Source: an uncultured Candidatus Binatia bacterium (lineage in GTDB: Bacteria > Desulfobacterota > Binatia > UBA9968 > JAJDTQ01). Taken from it: a stretch of 64,000 nt of DNA. Positions 60,696 to 64,000 of this stretch are shown here, piece by piece. The DNA lies in assembly GCA_965215605.1 (NCBI GenBank), contig OZ244070.1, forward strand, positions 1,760,001 to 1,824,000, read 5' to 3'. The notes beneath the pieces are model-generated. The model did no database searches. It was not told the origin of the DNA and worked only from the letters and a program-made list of their open reading frames with translations. The translations under genes and the position numbers were made by a program. Numbering within the stretch: the stretch's first letter is position 1; each line of letters begins with the position of its first letter.

Positions 60696-61598
60696 CTATT
60701 TCTTCCGGTCGTTCGTCGTTTCCAGGAACCACTCCGCCATTTCCTCGCGCTTGGGATACCATACGCCGTCGAAGGTTTTCACGTAGTCCACGAACTCGCG
60801 CAGGGCGCGGATGGCGTAGGCTTGGCCCATGACGTGGGGGTGCATGCCAACGTTCATGATGCGGCCGCTGGTGGCCCCTTCCAGGTAGAGCTGGTCGAAC
60901 TGCTCCCGGAACAGCTCCAGCGCTTGGGAGGTGGTGCGCCCGCCGCGGGAGAAGACGGCTAAGTCGTTGACGTCGTTGGAGTAGGGGATGCACACCAGCG
61001 GGCCGTGGCGGGTGTTCAGCAGATAGGGCTGGTCGTCGTTCAGGTAGTCCGCCTGGAACAGCAGGCCCAGCTCCTTCAGGATGTGGGGCGTCTCGTGGGT
61101 GCTCCGGAGCGAGGAAGACAGCCAGCCCCGGGCCGGCCGGCCCACCGCCTCGGCGTAGGCGTCCAGGGTGCGGCGGATGACCTCGCGCTCCTGGTCCGGC
61201 TGGTTCGCGTAGTAGGTGAGCACATCGTTCTGGGCGTAGTTGTGGGCCAGGATCTCCCAGCCGCGCTCGTTGGCGGCGTCGATGATGCGTCGTCGCTCGA
61301 TGCCGGTGAGGGCGTTCATGGTGCAGGTGGCCGGCACCCCGGCCTTGTCGAACACGTCGATGATGCGCCACACGCCCACCCGCTGGCCGTACTCCCGCCA
61401 GGTCCAGTTGGCGTAGTCGGGCACGTTGCCGGGCAGCGGGTGCGGGATGGTGGCCGGACCGCCGGGATAGAGCGGCTCGGCGCTGTCGCGGGTCATCTCC
61501 CAGTACTCGATGTTGATGGTGAATATCAGCGCCACCCGCGCGCCGTGGGGCCAGCGGAGCGGCGGGCGGTCGGGAAGGGCGACATAGTCGTAAAGCAT
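60696..61598 (-). CDS. Polysaccharide deacetylase family, PuuE/allantoinase-like
   Basis: WP.GARVA, EYGQRVGVWR, DDQPY, HPHVMGQ. Confidence 0.85.
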   Translation of the reverse strand: MLYDYVALPDRPPLRWPHGARVALIFTINIEYWEMTRDSAEPLYPGGPATIPHPLPGNVPDYANWTWREYGQRVGVWRIIDVFDKAGVPATCTMNALTGIERRRIIDAANERGWEILAHNYAQNDVLTYYANQPDQEREVIRRTLDAYAEAVGRPARGWLSSSLRSTHETPHILKELGLLFQADYLNDDQPYLLNTRHGPLVCIPYSNDVNDLAVFSRGGRTTSQALELFREQFDQLYLEGATSGRIMNVGMHPHVMGQAYAIRALREFVDYVKTFDGVWYPKREEMAEWFLETTNDRKK

Positions 61599-61669
61599 GG
61601 GACAGGACACTAACACCCGTTGCCCCCGGCCGGCAACGCGGGCATAATGAATCGGGAGGTGTCGATCAC

Positions 61670-62194
61670 ATGAAGCATTTCAAATGGCGGGTGTTCGCGC
61701 TCGCGGTGGTCATGGTCCTTGCGCTTCTGTGGGCGTTCGGCAACGCGCCGGCGTCGCTCGTGGGCAAGCAGGCGCCGGAGTTCACCAGCGATACCTGGAT
61801 CAACTCGGAGCCCCTCAGGTTGAAGGATCTCAAGGGGAAGGTGGTCCTCATCGAGTTCTGGACCTACGGCTGATACAACTGTTTGAATACACTCCCATCG
61901 TTGGTGGGATGGCACGAAAAATACGGATCCGATGGGCTGGTGGTGGTGGGCATTCACTCGCCGGAGTTTTCCCACGAACACTCGCTGGACAACGTCAGGA
62001 ACGCCTGCAAGGAGCTGGGAATCAAGTTCCCGGTAGCGCAGGACAACGACTTCGCCACCTGGAAACGCTACGGCACGCGCTACTGGCCGACGCTGCATAT
62101 CATCGACAAGAAGGGCGTGATCCAGTACACGCGCTTTGGCGAGGGTGGCTACGACGAGATGGAGGGGATCATCCAGCGGCTGCTGAGGGAGTAG
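61670..62194 (+). CDS. TlpA/DipZ-like thioredoxin-fold redoxin, predicted selenoprotein (UxxC)
   Basis: EFWTYG-TGA-YNC in frame; GIHSPEF, YWP, GEGGY; hairpin 3' of the TGA. Confidence 0.82.
61893..61909 (+). promoter_or_regulatory. Putative bacterial SECIS hairpin
   Basis: tcccat-cgttg-gtggga; loop about 25 nt after the TGA with a G in the loop. Confidence 0.55.
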
Positions 62195-62225
62195 CCGCTC
62201 GCGGCGATGCCGCCGATGCGGGTCC

Positions 62226-62870
<645 letters not shown>

Positions 62871-63039
62871 CCGCGTCTCCTTTCGCAACGAACCGCGCGT
62901 GCAACGATACTCGCTCCCTTAACCATGCCACGTCCAGGGAGGGTTTCAAGTCGGGAGCCGTACTTGGGCGATCGTAAGCTGTGTACCAGACGCCAGTAAA
63001 CTTGCATTTAGTAGCACTATCTGCAATCATACTGTGCAC

Positions 63040-64000
63040 ATGGTACAGCGAAACCACTGGATCCAGGCTATTGAGGAGCTTTGGACAGCGAAGTCCGTGG
63101 TTTGGCTCGCCGGCGTCCGCAGGGCAGGCAAGACCTTCCTCTGTCAATCACTATCGGATGTCGAGTATGTCGATTGCGAGCTCCCGAGCACGCGCCGGGC
63201 GTTGGAGGATCCGGAGGGCTTTCTCGGCGACGTCGGGCCCCGCAGGGTGGTCCTTGACGAGATCCATCGTCTGTCCAATCCGTCGGAGTTACTAAAGATC
63301 GCCGCGGACTACCATCCGGAAACCAGGATCATCGCCACCGGTTCTTCATCGTTGGGAGCGTCCCGAAAATTCCGTGACACCCTGACCGACCGAAAGCGCG
63401 ACCTGTGGTTGACTCCCATGCTGATGCAGGACGAGCAGGAGTTCGGTGCCCGGGGACTCGACCACCGTTTCCGGTTCGGCGGTCTCCCGCCGTTCTACCT
63501 GGCCGAGGGGGTGCCGGAGGATGGTTTCCAGGATTGGATCGATTCCTACTGGGCCAAGGACGTCCAGGAACTGTTCCAGGTCGGACGCCGCTGGTCTTTC
63601 ATGCGGTTCGTCGAGCTGATGTTCGCTCAGAGCGGAGGAATGTTCGAAGCCACGCGGTTCGCGGCCGCCTGCGAGGTCAGCCGCACGACCATCGCCACCT
63701 ATCTCCAGATCCTGGAGGACACCCTCGTCATCCAGGTCATCCGACCCTACAGCACGCGGCGCGCCACCGAGATCGTCGCCGCGCCGAAGGTCTACGGCTT
63801 CGACACCGGGTTCGTCTGCCTGTTCAAAGGGTGGGAGGGGTTGCGCAACGAGGACCGCGGCGCCCTTTGGGAACACTACGTGCTGAACGAATACCTTGGC
63901 CGCCGGCAGAAAAGAGACCTGCACTACTGGCGCGACAAGCGCGGCCACGAGGTGGACTTCGTTACGGTTCGCCGCGGCAAGCCGGTCGCCGTCGAGTGCA
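63040..64000 (+). CDS. AAA_14 / DUF4143 ATPase (partial, runs off the window)
   Basis: Hand-translated [36 protein letters not shown]; absent from the ORF track because it has no stop. Confidence 0.85.
   Translation, partial: MVQRNHWIQAIEELWTAKSVVWLAGVRRAGKTFLCQSLSDVEYVDCELPSTRRALEDPEGFLGDVGPRRVVLDEIHRLSNPSELLKIAADYHPETRIIATGSSSLGASRKFRDTLTDRKRDLWLTPMLMQDEQEFGARGLDHRFRFGGLPPFYLAEGVPEDGFQDWIDSYWAKDVQELFQVGRRWSFMRFVELMFAQSGGMFEATRFAAACEVSRTTIATYLQILEDTLVIQVIRPYSTRRATEIVAAPKVYGFDTGFVCLFKGWEGLRNEDRGALWEHYVLNEYLGRRQKRDLHYWRDKRGHEVDFVTVRRGKPVAVEC

Noticed and set aside
63346-63948. 200-aa minus-strand ORF
   Set aside because: Antisense to the AAA ATPase, which carries the recognisable motifs

Overview
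High-GC chromosomal window from a diderm bacterium. lpxA, exbBD and a split atpZ/I-B-E locus suggest a deltaproteobacterial-grade lineage such as Binatia; this is inference only. The window contains the replication origin: dnaA-oriC-dnaN, with a DnaA-box/GGCCC/DnaA-trio unwinding module. Housekeeping genes include eno, ftsB, tRNA-Gly, polA, gpmI, lpxA, moaBDE, hemL, the Fo ATP synthase genes and msrA. It also holds a Na+-translocating acyl-CoA decarboxylase operon, a catabolic cluster of unknown substrate, and a ~25 kb metal-homeostasis region. That region has three Zn/Mn ABC importers, a four-domain ABC transporter, an Fe3+-binding protein, a DtxR regulator, two SCO proteins and a bacterioferritin stump. 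Best leads: (1) a DUF318-type metal permease fused to an SPFH domain and co-transcribed with HflC- and HflK-like genes, with no ftsH in the window; (2) a UGA-interrupted UxxC thioredoxin with a SECIS-like hairpin, a likely selenoprotein, next to msrA; (3) a dispersed YTAG-KGTCCTG palindromic element family that sits on TAG stop codons; (4) an actinobacterial-style Tyr762 PolA; (5) a low-GC gene pair resembling an ART-fold toxin-antitoxin module. All calls come from reading the sequence; no searches were run.
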